From a virus (Duplodnaviria; Caudoviricetes), in the IMG/VR virus record IMGVR_UViG_3300044953_000549, positions 1-56,079 of that record: a DNA stretch of 56,079 nucleotides; one strand, 5' to 3'. How positions within the stretch are numbered: position 1 is the first letter of the stretch; each line of letters begins with the position of its first letter. This document shows, piece after piece, positions 46,571-56,079 of the stretch. The notes under the pieces were generated by a model. The model was not told the DNA's origin, ran no database searches, and saw only the letters and a list, made by a program, of their open reading frames with translations. Made by a program: the position numbers and the translations under genes.

Positions 46571-46839
46571 TAAGGAATTTACCTTTTCCAAGTCAGATAT
46601 CTTTTGATCGTTGGTATAGGGAAATACTTAGAATATACAAGGATGAGAGACTTCCTATACCTATGCCGAATGATGATTGGCGTGAGATAGCAAACAAAAT
46701 GGCGGGAATAGGGACATTCAAAACCAATAATATCCCGATTGCCGCAAGTAATAAAAGCGGTAGGAAACTTGATATGTTCAAAACATGGGAAGATTGGGCT
46801 AAAGCGGTATATATAGTAATGATGAGGACGGATAAATGA
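46567..46839 (+). CDS. small Trp-rich tail-module protein
   Basis: FDRW...DDWRE.A...FKTWEDWA. Confidence 0.6.
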   Translation: MIRNLPFPSQISFDRWYREILRIYKDERLPIPMPNDDWREIANKMAGIGTFKTNNIPIAASNKSGRKLDMFKTWEDWAKAVYIVMMRTDK

Positions 46840-47948
46840 CAAACAATAAAAAACATATTAGAGATATGTTTAAGGGTAGTAAAACTAAAAAAAAGTTAAA
46901 TAAGAAACATATTAGAGATGTATTAAATCAGGTAAAAGCTGAAGGAAGAAACGGTGATACTGAACTTGCCCATATCAACCCGGTTGAATCAAAAATATTA
47001 AAAAGTATTGGTGGTAGCGGAACTATTAATCCTAAAACAGGTCTTCGTGAATATGGAATGATGCCTTGGCATAGGAAATTCAAACCTCTTAAAGCTATAA
47101 CAAGTTCACTTGGAGGAGGAGCAGGAGCTCTCATCGGTAATATGATTCTACCAGGCGTTGGGGGTATTATAGGAGGAGCTATAGGTCAAGGTGCTCAGAA
47201 TGCTGCCAGAGGTAAAAATGTCATACAAGGAGCCTTAAAAGGGGCAGGTATGGGAGCCGCTATCCCTTCTGTTGCTTCCGGTCTTGGATGGGGAGCTACC
47301 AAACTAGGAATGAGTGGTATTGGCTCTACTTTAAGTAATTACGGAACAAAAAACGCCATATTACCTGCTCTTGGGTTTGGTAAAGATTCCGGATCTGGCA
47401 TTATGGGAATGGGCAAGGAAGCTGCCAAATACGGAGGAGCTAGTACACTTCTTAGCGGTATAGGTGGAGGAGGTCAAAAGGGAGCCGGAATAGCCGCCGG
47501 TGATGATACTGAAAGTTATCTACAATATCTCCTTGCTAAGGAAAAGAAAAAGGATGATATGGGATTTATGGAGAAATTAAGTAGTAATACAGCTGATTTC
47601 TTCACTAAACCTAAAAATCTATTAGCTGTCGGTTCTGCCGGACTTACTTTATATGATAGATTCAATCAACCTAAACCAAAATCAGCAGCACAACTAGGAA
47701 GAGAAGAAAAAGAAAAAATGCTTGCTATGCGACTTACTCCTGAAGAACTTGCTGCTCAGGAACAATATGAATTAATGCAGGAACAGGCAAGACGTAGAAA
47801 TAACAGAAAAAAATATCTACCTGAAGAAAAAATAGAAATAGATCCTCTATATACAAGAGTAAGTACTCCGGAGGAAAGAGAAAGAACCGGTAGATGGTTA
47901 AATTATTATAATAATCCCGGGTTTACAGGCAATCCAATAAGAATCTAA
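46836..47948 (+). CDS. DNA ejection / pilot protein
   Basis: GRNGDTELAHINP.E...L..IGGSGTINPKTGLREY motif followed by a Gly/Ala-rich hydrophobic region. Confidence 0.7.
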   Translation: MTNNKKHIRDMFKGSKTKKKLNKKHIRDVLNQVKAEGRNGDTELAHINPVESKILKSIGGSGTINPKTGLREYGMMPWHRKFKPLKAITSSLGGGAGALIGNMILPGVGGIIGGAIGQGAQNAARGKNVIQGALKGAGMGAAIPSVASGLGWGATKLGMSGIGSTLSNYGTKNAILPALGFGKDSGSGIMGMGKEAAKYGGASTLLSGIGGGGQKGAGIAAGDDTESYLQYLLAKEKKKDDMGFMEKLSSNTADFFTKPKNLLAVGSAGLTLYDRFNQPKPKSAAQLGREEKEKMLAMRLTPEELAAQEQYELMQEQARRRNNRKKYLPEEKIEIDPLYTRVSTPEERERTGRWLNYYNNPGFTGNPIRI

Positions 47949-47949
47949 T

Positions 47950-50148
47950 ATGGCTAAACAATACGTACCTTTTGAATTAATAAGAGATAAGGCAAGACAG
48001 ATATTACTTCGTGATAGCGGAAGATTATCTACATCAAACTATACTCCGTATCCAGGAAAAACTCTAGCTCCCATGTCTTCTATGACACAAAGAGCAAGAG
48101 GTCTTGCTGAGAGAAGAACAGATAAAGGTATGCCTTATCAGAAAGATTTATCAACTTTAACTAATGCACCTATTGAAGGTATTAACGAAGGAAATATTAA
48201 TCAGCTACAGGATTTTGCCTATAACACAGGAAATACAGGATTACAAACTACGTCTAACAGATTGAGAGATCAATTCGGAAATAGTTTTAATAGATATAGA
48301 GATAGATTTAATGAAGAAGCAGATCGTACGAATAGATTAAAAACAGATGAACTAAAATCTGATATTGATTTAGTAAATCCTGAATTAAAAAAGATTCAAG
48401 GGAAATATAGAGATGCAGCTTTTGATGCTATTTATAATTCAGGAAAAAGTAAATATGATAGAGAAAAATCTTTAATTGATGAACTAAATAGATACGGCGA
48501 GCAAAAACACGGGATAATTAATAGAGGTTTAACTTCCGAGAAAGCAAGATTTGAAGCTGAAAGAAATGAACCATATCAAAGACTTTATGATCTTGGTAGA
48601 ATAGTAAACGGTTTAGGCGATTCAGATGCCGGTAGCATGGATCCAACTGTTGTTGATTTACAAGGAAAACAATTAATAAAAGCTCTTCAAGCTTACGGCA
48701 TAGATACAGGTTTACCTATTGATCAGTGGTTAACAGCACCAAGAACAAATCTACCTGTATATCCGGGAAAATTAGCAGAACCTGTAAACGAGGAACTCGC
48801 TAAATCCTATGAACTAGCCGAAAATATAAGCCCATTCTATAAAGATAAAAATTATCTTGATCGGAAACTAACAAGAAAATCCATAATAGATAATATTAAT
48901 CCAGCAAATAGTGTTGTTGAATCATTACCTGAGAATCTAAGACCTAAGTTTGCATCTCTTGATGATGAAGCAAAAAAGAAAATGGAAGCCGATTTAACAG
49001 CTTTAAACGCTAAATATATAAAACAGGGTATGTATGGCAGTAATTCCCATCTAAAATCTGTTAACAGTAGGATGCAGGATTTAATGTCGGCAACACAGGA
49101 TTCAAGAGGTAAACTGATAAAAGAGGGTTTATTTAAGGATGTACTTAATAAGGAAATAGACAATGTTAATAATATTCAAAAATTAGGACAATATGATAAA
49201 CTTGCAAATACTGAATTCGCAGGAATGCTTGATGATGTTAAGAGATCTAATTTGAAAGGTCTTGAGAAATGGAAAAATGAAAATCAACGTAATGAACAGT
49301 TATACAATGATTATCAAGCAGAAAAAACAGGTATGAACCCTAAATTACTGACTAATGCTAGAAATACAGGGTATGAAGGAGGTGTAAATAGTGGAATAGA
49401 TACTTTATTTAATCATTTCAAAAATCAGGGAATTGATTTATCCACGATAAGTGATCTTAACAACAGATATTCTGAAATGGAAAAAGAAAGATTCTCTAAT
49501 CTAGATAAAATAAAAAGTCTTGAGGATTATAAACTTCAAGCTGAAGAATTAACTAAAAAGAATCTTGGAGAATATGAAACAGAAAAAGATAGAAGAATTG
49601 CTCTTGGTATTGAACGTGATGAATTAAATACAAAATTACAAAACGAAATAGCAGCTAGAATTAATCTGGAAACGGATCTAAAAAAACGTGCTGAACTTGA
49701 GAATCAACAAAGAGAACTTAGGGAAAAGGAAGAAAACGCTAACCGTTTAAGATTGGAACAAACACAAAGACAAGAAGAAGCAAGACGTAGAGAAGAACAG
49801 AGAATTGCCGAAGAAAATAGGCAAGCTGAAATCAGAAGACAGGAGAATATAAGAAGGCAGGAAGAAGCTGATCGTCAAGCAGAAATACTTCGTATAGCTG
49901 AAGTTAATAGACAGAATCAGATTAAAGCGGATAATAAGAAAAAAGCTTTAGAAAAATTACCTATATATACAACACAATTAAAACGTCAACAAGATGAATT
50001 AGCTAAAGTTAAAGTTAGATATGATTTGATGCGTCATCTTGGATTAGATTATAAAAATTATGATAGAGATAAAAACAGGATAGCTGTTCTAGAACCAAGA
50101 ATAGCAGGTATATTAAAAAATATTAGTTACTGGAATCAATATAAATAG
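47950..50148 (+). CDS. internal virion / ejection protein with coiled-coil tail
   Basis: Two YPGK.LA(P) repeats, PYQRL, GMYGSN; EE.RRQE repeats. Confidence 0.65.
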   Translation: MAKQYVPFELIRDKARQILLRDSGRLSTSNYTPYPGKTLAPMSSMTQRARGLAERRTDKGMPYQKDLSTLTNAPIEGINEGNINQLQDFAYNTGNTGLQTTSNRLRDQFGNSFNRYRDRFNEEADRTNRLKTDELKSDIDLVNPELKKIQGKYRDAAFDAIYNSGKSKYDREKSLIDELNRYGEQKHGIINRGLTSEKARFEAERNEPYQRLYDLGRIVNGLGDSDAGSMDPTVVDLQGKQLIKALQAYGIDTGLPIDQWLTAPRTNLPVYPGKLAEPVNEELAKSYELAENISPFYKDKNYLDRKLTRKSIIDNINPANSVVESLPENLRPKFASLDDEAKKKMEADLTALNAKYIKQGMYGSNSHLKSVNSRMQDLMSATQDSRGKLIKEGLFKDVLNKEIDNVNNIQKLGQYDKLANTEFAGMLDDVKRSNLKGLEKWKNENQRNEQLYNDYQAEKTGMNPKLLTNARNTGYEGGVNSGIDTLFNHFKNQGIDLSTISDLNNRYSEMEKERFSNLDKIKSLEDYKLQAEELTKKNLGEYETEKDRRIALGIERDELNTKLQNEIAARINLETDLKKRAELENQQRELREKEENANRLRLEQTQRQEEARRREEQRIAEENRQAEIRRQENIRRQEEADRQAEILRIAEVNRQNQIKADNKKKALEKLPIYTTQLKRQQDELAKVKVRYDLMRHLGLDYKNYDRDKNRIAVLEPRIAGILKNISYWNQYK

Positions 50149-50149
50149 A

Positions 50150-50527
50150 TTACTTTAATCCTTCCTTATAAATATAATACCTTATTTTAAACTTATATAG
50201 CTCATCTAACCATTCTTTAGTATATCTGGATTTAGGTGAGCATATAATGGTTAATTCAGATATTAAATTTTCTAAATTATTGATCTTTTCTTTATTTTCT
50301 ATTTCATTTTGTTTGTATACTAAAATATATTTTTTTAAATCATCAATAAGAATATTTGTTTTAATACATACAGGATTAAAAGCGGTTTTTAATTCCTTAT
50401 TTGCATTTACAGGTATTGAAGGAAAGTCAGGTAGAGAAATAGAATAGACTGTGGTATTAATTTTTGTCTGACAACCTGTCAATAGCATCATTAATAGTAT
50501 CAGAAGGCTTAATCTTTCCGCTAGCAT
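50150..50527 (-). CDS. o-spanin-like lipoprotein (Rz1-like)
   Basis: Lipobox LLTGC; overlaps the 3' end of the i-spanin candidate. Confidence 0.65.
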   Translation of the reverse strand: MLAERLSLLILLMMLLTGCQTKINTTVYSISLPDFPSIPVNANKELKTAFNPVCIKTNILIDDLKKYILVYKQNEIENKEKINNLENLISELTIICSPKSRYTKEWLDELYKFKIRYYIYKEGLK

Positions 50528-50690
50528 TGATATCTTTTGCTTGAATATTAATTATTGTATCTTTTTCGTTATTATTCGTTATTAACTGTTCTTTTTCAAG
50601 TTTTAAGGTTTTATTTCGATTAAATAAATATAAAGCAAAGAAACCAACTATACCCAGTAATATTTCTTTTAAATAAGTAAAAAAGAACAT
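50457..50690 (-). CDS. i-spanin-like protein (Rz-like)
   Basis: N-terminal TM followed by coiled coil; in the lysis cassette. Confidence 0.6.
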   Translation of the reverse strand: MFFFTYLKEILLGIVGFFALYLFNRNKTLKLEKEQLITNNNEKDTIINIQAKDINASGKIKPSDTINDAIDRLSDKN

Positions 50691-50691
50691 C

Positions 50692-51792
50692 CTAGATTTC
50701 CTCTAACTCATTATCTCCGCTAAGTACAATACTCTCTAAAACTTTACTTTCATTGTTGCTTGGATATATGGATTCTAATGTATTACCTTTCTCAAGAATT
50801 TTAGTTACAAAACCTTGTTTTATTGAAGGTTCTATTTTAGATTCAATTTTAAAGGAACTATTGATATCTTCAAAACTTATCTGATTTATCTTAAATATCT
50901 CTATTTCATTAACCAGTTTTAATTTATCTGTTTTTAGATCATTTTTATCGGATTTCAATTCCTTGATATTTTCTTCCAATAATTTAATAGTATTCTCAAG
51001 ACCTCCAACTAAACTTGTTCTATTTTCAATTTCCTTATCTTTAAATAATAACGTAGATTCAAGTTTAGCGTTAATACCACTTAAATTAGATATAATATCT
51101 TTTAAACGTTTGTTCTCATCTTCTTGAATTTTTGAATTAGATGTAAGATTATTTATTGTTGAATCTCTATTTTCTATCTGTTTTTCTAAAATATCTTTTT
51201 GATTTATTATAGAATTATGTTTATCAGAAATAATTTGATCTTTTAATTTTATTTCTGTTTGAAGTAAATTAATAGAATTATCTTTTTGTATAATTATTGA
51301 TTCTTTTGACTTTATATTAGATTCAAGATTACTTATTGTTTGATCTTTAATTTTTTTATCTGATTCAAGATTGGAGATAATTAGTACCTTATCTGAAATA
51401 GTTTTATCTTTCGAGCTTATTTCTATTTGTAGAGAATTAATGTTATTATCTTTTTGTATAATAGCAGAATTTTTAATTTTAATATCAGACTCTAAATTAG
51501 ATATTACAGTAATCTTATCTGAAATATTCTTATCTTTTAATTTTATATCGTTTTCTTGTTTTGATATAACCTGATCTTTTAATTTATTATCAGATTCAAG
51601 ATTGGAAATATAACTTTTTAATGAATTGCTATCTTTTTTTAAATTTTCAATATAGGCATTAAGATTAGTTTGCTCGGATTTTAATGTTGAGATAGTATCA
51701 ATTAAACTATTATATTCAATTTCAAGCTGAGAAAGATTTTTTATGGTTGTTCTACCATCAGGCAACTTTATAGTTTGAACGGTTCTTTTCAT
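50692..51792 (-). CDS. coiled-coil repeat protein
   Basis: Repeated ISNLESDxKxKD / IIQKDN units; acidic tail ending VLSGDNELEEI. Confidence 0.75.
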   Translation of the reverse strand: MKRTVQTIKLPDGRTTIKNLSQLEIEYNSLIDTISTLKSEQTNLNAYIENLKKDSNSLKSYISNLESDNKLKDQVISKQENDIKLKDKNISDKITVISNLESDIKIKNSAIIQKDNNINSLQIEISSKDKTISDKVLIISNLESDKKIKDQTISNLESNIKSKESIIIQKDNSINLLQTEIKLKDQIISDKHNSIINQKDILEKQIENRDSTINNLTSNSKIQEDENKRLKDIISNLSGINAKLESTLLFKDKEIENRTSLVGGLENTIKLLEENIKELKSDKNDLKTDKLKLVNEIEIFKINQISFEDINSSFKIESKIEPSIKQGFVTKILEKGNTLESIYPSNNESKVLESIVLSGDNELEEI

Positions 51793-52448
51793 AAAGCAAA
51801 CCTTAAACCAAGTGTTATATTGTGGATTTCATATGTACGATTACCTACATTTTGTATTCCACCTATAGTTTTTCTTTTTATATTACCAAAATTAAAATAA
51901 TTGTAAGCTACTTCACCTGTAACTTTATCACTTAATTTTACATCCGTGCCAACAGATAGTTTATATGCAAACTGATTTCTTTTCTTAGATATTTTATTAA
52001 TATCATTTGTCGTATTATCTAATTTTAAAGTATATACACCGCCGGCAGATTCTTTTAAATGTGCTATACCAATACCACCTCCAATAAAAGGTGTGAATTT
52101 ACTGATTGTAGTAATATCTTTGTAAATATTAAACATTAAGCCATCAGCTTTTGTCTTACCTGATATTTTAAATGTATCTTTAATAGAATTAGTGGATATT
52201 TCAGATGTTCTAAACAGAAAATAATAGTCAATAATACTCTCAACTCTAATACCATTATCAAATTTATAACCAATACCAGCTTCAATTAATGGGAAACTAT
52301 CTGATAATTTAATTTTTCCTTCAAAATCATGATTACTGAATTTTGAAGTTTTAATACTATTTAATCCAACACCGCCTTTTAAGTAAAAATTATTAGCAAA
52401 AGATATAGCAGGTATAAGCAACATTAAAGATAATAATATTTTAAACAT
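51789..52448 (-). CDS. outer-membrane beta-barrel protein (Opa/OmpA-TM/Adr/WSP-like)
   Basis: Signal peptide; FYLKGGVG; GIGYKFDNGIRVE; TPFIGGGIG; FAYKL..G; YNYFNFG; HNITLGLRF. Confidence 0.88.
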   Translation of the reverse strand: MFKILLSLMLLIPAISFANNFYLKGGVGLNSIKTSKFSNHDFEGKIKLSDSFPLIEAGIGYKFDNGIRVESIIDYYFLFRTSEISTNSIKDTFKISGKTKADGLMFNIYKDITTISKFTPFIGGGIGIAHLKESAGGVYTLKLDNTTNDINKISKKRNQFAYKLSVGTDVKLSDKVTGEVAYNYFNFGNIKRKTIGGIQNVGNRTYEIHNITLGLRFAL

Positions 52449-52449
52449 T

Positions 52450-52662
52450 CTATTCCTCTAAAAATCTTCTTACAGTCGCACATTCAATCATTCTTTCTTG
52501 TGATTGATCTATATATTGTAATAATGCAGCTATTCTTTCTTCAGGAGTACCGGCAACTAAAGTTGATAATGGTGTATCATCTGTAGAAGTATTTACTTCA
52601 GATAACACTTCTTCTTTATTATCAATAGATAAATTAATTTCTTCTGTATTTTGATCTTTCAT
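52450..52662 (-). CDS. small acidic hypothetical protein
   Basis: GAGGT RBS, 70 aa. Confidence 0.6.
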   Translation of the reverse strand: MKDQNTEEINLSIDNKEEVLSEVNTSTDDTPLSTLVAGTPEERIAALLQYIDQSQERMIECATVRRFLEE

Positions 52663-52683
52663 AAAACCTCTTAATTTTTTTTA

Positions 52684-53124
52684 TTATGAATATAAATTTA
52701 ATTCTGCTTGTCTTCTATTATAAAGTCCTTTAGAAAATTTACCATTAATATTAACTACCCCTTTTTCTTTACTGAAAAACTCATTAGCGGCTTCACTAAA
52801 ATAACCTTGATTCAAAAGAGATAAACCTTTACTTTTCTTGAAATTATCAATACCCCAATTAAAAATAAGAGAGACAAGAGCATCAAATTGACCTTGAGAT
52901 AGTTGAATAGTAACTACATTATTTAAACTGTTTTCCGCTTTTTCTATATCTGATTTAAGTAATTTTTCTGCTAATGTCATTGATATAGGAGCAACAAATT
53001 TATCGGACGATTTTCTTACATGTCCATACCCTATTGTTGTTTTTTTTCCTTCGCAAAAATACCATGTATCTGAGAATCCTTCGTATTTTTTTATTAGAGC
53101 TAAACCTCTATTTGATATGTGCAT
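52684..53124 (-). CDS. endolysin (GH24 phage lysozyme)
   Basis: LIKKYEG...C......TIGYGH; QFDALVS..FN.G; GL..RR.AE. Confidence 0.93.
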   Translation of the reverse strand: MHISNRGLALIKKYEGFSDTWYFCEGKKTTIGYGHVRKSSDKFVAPISMTLAEKLLKSDIEKAENSLNNVVTIQLSQGQFDALVSLIFNWGIDNFKKSKGLSLLNQGYFSEAANEFFSKEKGVVNINGKFSKGLYNRRQAELNLYS

Positions 53125-53324
53125 TATGTTATATCTATATTTTTATTAATTGTTATTTTAATTAAAAATTCTAATGTCTGTTCCCATAAATTATCATTAC
53201 CAAATATCCAATGGGAAAATATTCCGCCGGCAATAAAGAACCCTACTATAAAACCTATAATAAATTCTTTAGTACAAACAAGTTCGATAATAATTGATTT
53301 TAACTTATCTATGACTTCAAACAT
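53124..53324 (-). CDS. holin-like membrane protein (putative)
   Basis: One TM segment, coupled directly upstream of the lysozyme. Confidence 0.5.
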   Translation of the reverse strand: MFEVIDKLKSIIIELVCTKEFIIGFIVGFFIAGGIFSHWIFGNDNLWEQTLEFLIKITINKNIDIT

Positions 53325-54645
53325 CCTGTAATTTTAATACCTTAAATAATTCTTCTTGAGTTAAATCCTTGTTACCTATAACCTGCATAACTCTTTCATC
53401 TTTACAATTCTTACCGACTAGATGATATATTATAACAGGTTTATCCTGTCCTTGTCTATGAAGTCTTGCATTGAATTGAATGTAGCTATCCAGTCTAAAT
53501 GTAAGTCCAAACCAGATTATTATTCTTCCCCCTTTTTGAATATTAAGCCCTCTTCCACTATTACATTGACATAACATCATTTTAATTTTACCATTATTCC
53601 ATAAAGGCTCTAACTCATTAACAGTTTTAGCTGTCATAGATACTGCATAAGGGAATCTTTCTTTTATACGATCTTCGTCTGATTTGAAATTATACGCTAT
53701 TAAAAAATTCTCATCTATATGCTGTTTCATTATTTCCTCTAGCATATCAAGTTTATTGTTATGGATAATAATTACGTTTCTATACTGATCATAAATAGCT
53801 CCGTTACAATACTGGATAAGCTTACCACATAATACCCCAGCATTAACCGCTGTTATTTCAGTATCCTGTATTTGCAAATAAAATTCTTTTTCAAATTCCT
53901 TATACTGATTATAATTATCTATTGTAACAGGCGTTGTAATCATCATTTTATCTGGTAATTGTAGATAATCCTTACTATCCATGAACAACCAGTTCTTTTT
54001 TAGTTTACTCATAATTAGTTTAGGATAAATACATTCATACCCTTGTCCGTTTCTTTTCTCTCTAAAATAATGATTCCTAAATCCGGTAATAGTATCACCA
54101 AACATTTTTCCCTTATCTATCAAATACTGTTGAGACCAGAAATCTGTTAACCCACTAGGAGCGGGAGTACCGCTTAATAATACAATATATTTTGATTCAA
54201 ATTCTTTAAGAGCTTTAAACCGATATGAAGCATGACCCTTGAATTCATGACTTTCATCAACAGCAATCATACCATATTTGTAGAATCCTTGAGTATACAT
54301 CCATTCAACATTTTCCTGATTTATAACGTAAATATCTGCATCTGAATTTAAACTTGCAAGTCTTGTTTTCTCATCTCCACAACAGATTGAAACTCTGAAA
54401 TTAAATGTATGTTCCCATTTACCGACTTCATTAACCCATACATTTTTTGCAATAGTTAAAGGGGCAATAACAAGCAGTTTTTTTACTTTCTTACCAATTA
54501 TTTCTGAGAATGCCGTAAGAGTACAAACAGTTTTACCAAGTCCTGGTTTTAATCCAAGACCGCATCTTTTTTTTGTTAATATATATTGAATTGCCTTATT
54601 CTGATATTCTTCTAAATCATTCCTATTAAGTAGCTGTTGGTTCAT
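53317..54645 (-). CDS. SNF2-family helicase
   Basis: PGLGKT, VDESH, LSGTP, GLNIQ, NARLHRQGQ. Confidence 0.92.
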   Translation of the reverse strand: MNQQLLNRNDLEEYQNKAIQYILTKKRCGLGLKPGLGKTVCTLTAFSEIIGKKVKKLLVIAPLTIAKNVWVNEVGKWEHTFNFRVSICCGDEKTRLASLNSDADIYVINQENVEWMYTQGFYKYGMIAVDESHEFKGHASYRFKALKEFESKYIVLLSGTPAPSGLTDFWSQQYLIDKGKMFGDTITGFRNHYFREKRNGQGYECIYPKLIMSKLKKNWLFMDSKDYLQLPDKMMITTPVTIDNYNQYKEFEKEFYLQIQDTEITAVNAGVLCGKLIQYCNGAIYDQYRNVIIIHNNKLDMLEEIMKQHIDENFLIAYNFKSDEDRIKERFPYAVSMTAKTVNELEPLWNNGKIKMMLCQCNSGRGLNIQKGGRIIIWFGLTFRLDSYIQFNARLHRQGQDKPVIIYHLVGKNCKDERVMQVIGNKDLTQEELFKVLKLQDV

Positions 54646-54973
54646 ATAAAGGATCGTAAATAGAAGTACATTTTATTTTATTAATATTACTATTTAAAAT
54701 ATCCATACCTCTTTGAATATTATTAACCAGATAAATTGATATGCCGCGATGAATAAGTTTACTAAATACCATTCTTTGTAGAGAAGTAACCTTACCTGAT
54801 AGACTTTTGAACTCAATGAAAAATATCTGACCGGTTTTATTGATAAAAATTCTATCAGGTACACCTCTATTAGAAGGTGAAGTAAATTTATAAGTTACAA
54901 AACCGAGTTCTACAGCTTTCTTAGTTATAGTAGATTCTATATATCTCTCGGTTAATACTCTGTTTTTCTTCAT
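54626..54973 (-). CDS. VRR-NUC domain nuclease
   Basis: E..IE...KFTSP...GVPDRI.......FIEFKS..G....LQ. Confidence 0.9.
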   Translation of the reverse strand: MKKNRVLTERYIESTITKKAVELGFVTYKFTSPSNRGVPDRIFINKTGQIFFIEFKSLSGKVTSLQRMVFSKLIHRGISIYLVNNIQRGMDILNSNINKIKCTSIYDPLYEPTAT

Positions 54974-54978
54974 GATAA

Positions 54979-55590
54979 TTAGAAAATATCTTCATCATCC
55001 TGTATTTTATTGAACTCATCACTAGCATCAATAGTATCTATTTTACCTCCAAGCATCTCACCGTCTCTAGCAAATAGAATATGTTGAAGTCTTTTAGTTA
55101 CCCCTTTTGGAACTTTTTTGAAGTCATAAGAATCAAGAGTAAACAGAATATGAGCAAAACAACCTGGATAAAATGGATTCTCATCAACTCCAATATCAAG
55201 TAATTGACCTTTAACTAAACTTAATTTTGGTTGAACTTTATTTTTTAACGTAAGAACATATTGTCCTTCAAGATATTTGTTATTAGCTTTTTTTTCTTTT
55301 CCTTTATCTGTTGAATCGTCAATTGATTTATATACTTCATCACCGTCTTTAAATAATTCGTATATATGTTTTTTTACTTTAATACGTTTTAGAATATCAT
55401 CAGCTATATCATTTATTTTTCTGTAATAATCCATATGTTTTGGATTATTCTTTGATAAGAGAACATCTACTTTGAATCTTCTCTGTTCTTCTGTTTCTAT
55501 ATACTCACTAATAGGCTCTTTATCAAACAAATAAGGCCATGCAATACGTACGTTTTCGAGTAATATTTTTTCAGTGATTTTTGTAGTCAT
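54979..55590 (-). CDS. DUF2815-like ssDNA-binding protein
   Basis: NVRIAWPYLF, KDGD, FYPGC, DGE.LGG, acidic C-terminus DDEDIF. Confidence 0.85.
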   Translation of the reverse strand: MTTKITEKILLENVRIAWPYLFDKEPISEYIETEEQRRFKVDVLLSKNNPKHMDYYRKINDIADDILKRIKVKKHIYELFKDGDEVYKSIDDSTDKGKEKKANNKYLEGQYVLTLKNKVQPKLSLVKGQLLDIGVDENPFYPGCFAHILFTLDSYDFKKVPKGVTKRLQHILFARDGEMLGGKIDTIDASDEFNKIQDDEDIF

Positions 55591-55632
55591 AGTTAATACC
55601 TTTTAATATAATTTAATTTATTTTAAATATTT

Positions 55633-56079
55633 TTAATCTGTTAATAATGCTTCAATTGAATAATCCTGTTTTACTATTTTTTTATCTGTTACCTCCTTTG
55701 TAGTTAACTTAATAATATCTTCCTTAGAAAGCAATTTTTCCGCTTTTGTAATAGTTATAAGTTTTTTTGTTGTCTCATAAGCAGAATCACCTAGAATATC
55801 AACCAATTGTTTTTCTGCTCCATTCATCCATTTACGATTAGAGTATTTATCTTGTAGTTCATATCCTTCAAAACTACCACCTAATATTCTATCCTTAATA
55901 TATTCTTCTATAGTATTAAGATACATGATTATTACATCTTTTTTATCATAAATGTTACTTATTTCTTCGTCTGATAATAATCTTATACGAGCTAAAAGTG
56001 TATCCTTATCGGAAACATTATCTATATTTGGAACGGTACTTGCTAAACTACTGCAAGTAGGTTTTGCCTTACAAAACTG
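55633..56079 (-). CDS. DUF2800 exonuclease, 3' part
   Basis: In frame with 727..1; GYEL....SNRKW...KLITITKAEKLL. Confidence 0.85.
   Translation of the reverse strand, partial: QFCKAKPTCSSLASTVPNIDNVSDKDTLLARIRLLSDEEISNIYDKKDVIIMYLNTIEEYIKDRILGGSFEGYELQDKYSNRKWMNGAEKQLVDILGDSAYETTKKLITITKAEKLLSKEDIIKLTTKEVTDKKIVKQDYSIEALLTD

Noticed and set aside
1591-53331. Short ORFs antisense to or nested in long genes (e.g. 1591, 6835, 8092, 13944, 15247, 16534-17273, 18689-20234, 21296, 23048, 29771, 34444, 39005, 41661, 46579, 48852, 51371, 53119)
   Set aside because: They are shadow frames of well-supported genes and carry no motifs
56058-56079. 22-bp terminal repeat as a biological direct terminal repeat
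   Set aside because: It lies in the middle of the DUF2800 gene and has the size of an assembler overlap; it shows circularity only
1-56079. Integrase, RNA polymerase, tRNA, reverse transcriptase/DGR
   Set aside because: No tyrosine or serine recombinase, RNAP or RT motifs in any ORF; no cloverleaf or TR/VR pair seen by eye (tRNAscan was not run)

Overview
The window is a very AT-rich, apparently complete circular genome (about 56,057 bp) of a podovirus-type tailed phage. Bases 1-22 repeat as 56058-56079, and a DUF2800/Cas4-like gene reads in frame across that join. It encodes an APSE-like replication set (DUF2800, DUF2815 SSB, VRR-NUC, SNF2 helicase) whose primase, VirE-type helicase and family-A polymerase are fused into one 1340-aa protein. 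It also carries a head module (TerL with a mini-intein, portal, GroES-like protein, scaffold, MCP), tail and ejection genes in several blocks, a patatin phospholipase among the virion genes, and a lysis cassette containing an outer-membrane beta-barrel gene. About 13 kb is taken up by small early genes, including four DUF2829/Tad2-like genes. No integrase, tRNA or CRISPR array was seen. A Rickettsiales-like host is inferred, not shown. The most unusual signals are non-coding: (1) a predicted ~115-nt RNA at 42.9 kb complementary to a leader shared by about 7 early genes; (2) a ~718-bp protein-free cassette (small-RNA unit plus iteron array) that splits an early gene at 31983-32700; (3) a sister small-RNA unit with a different iteron array at 24.5-25.8 kb, whose terminator loop is the exact complement of the cassette's. 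All family calls come from motifs recognised by eye; no searches were run.
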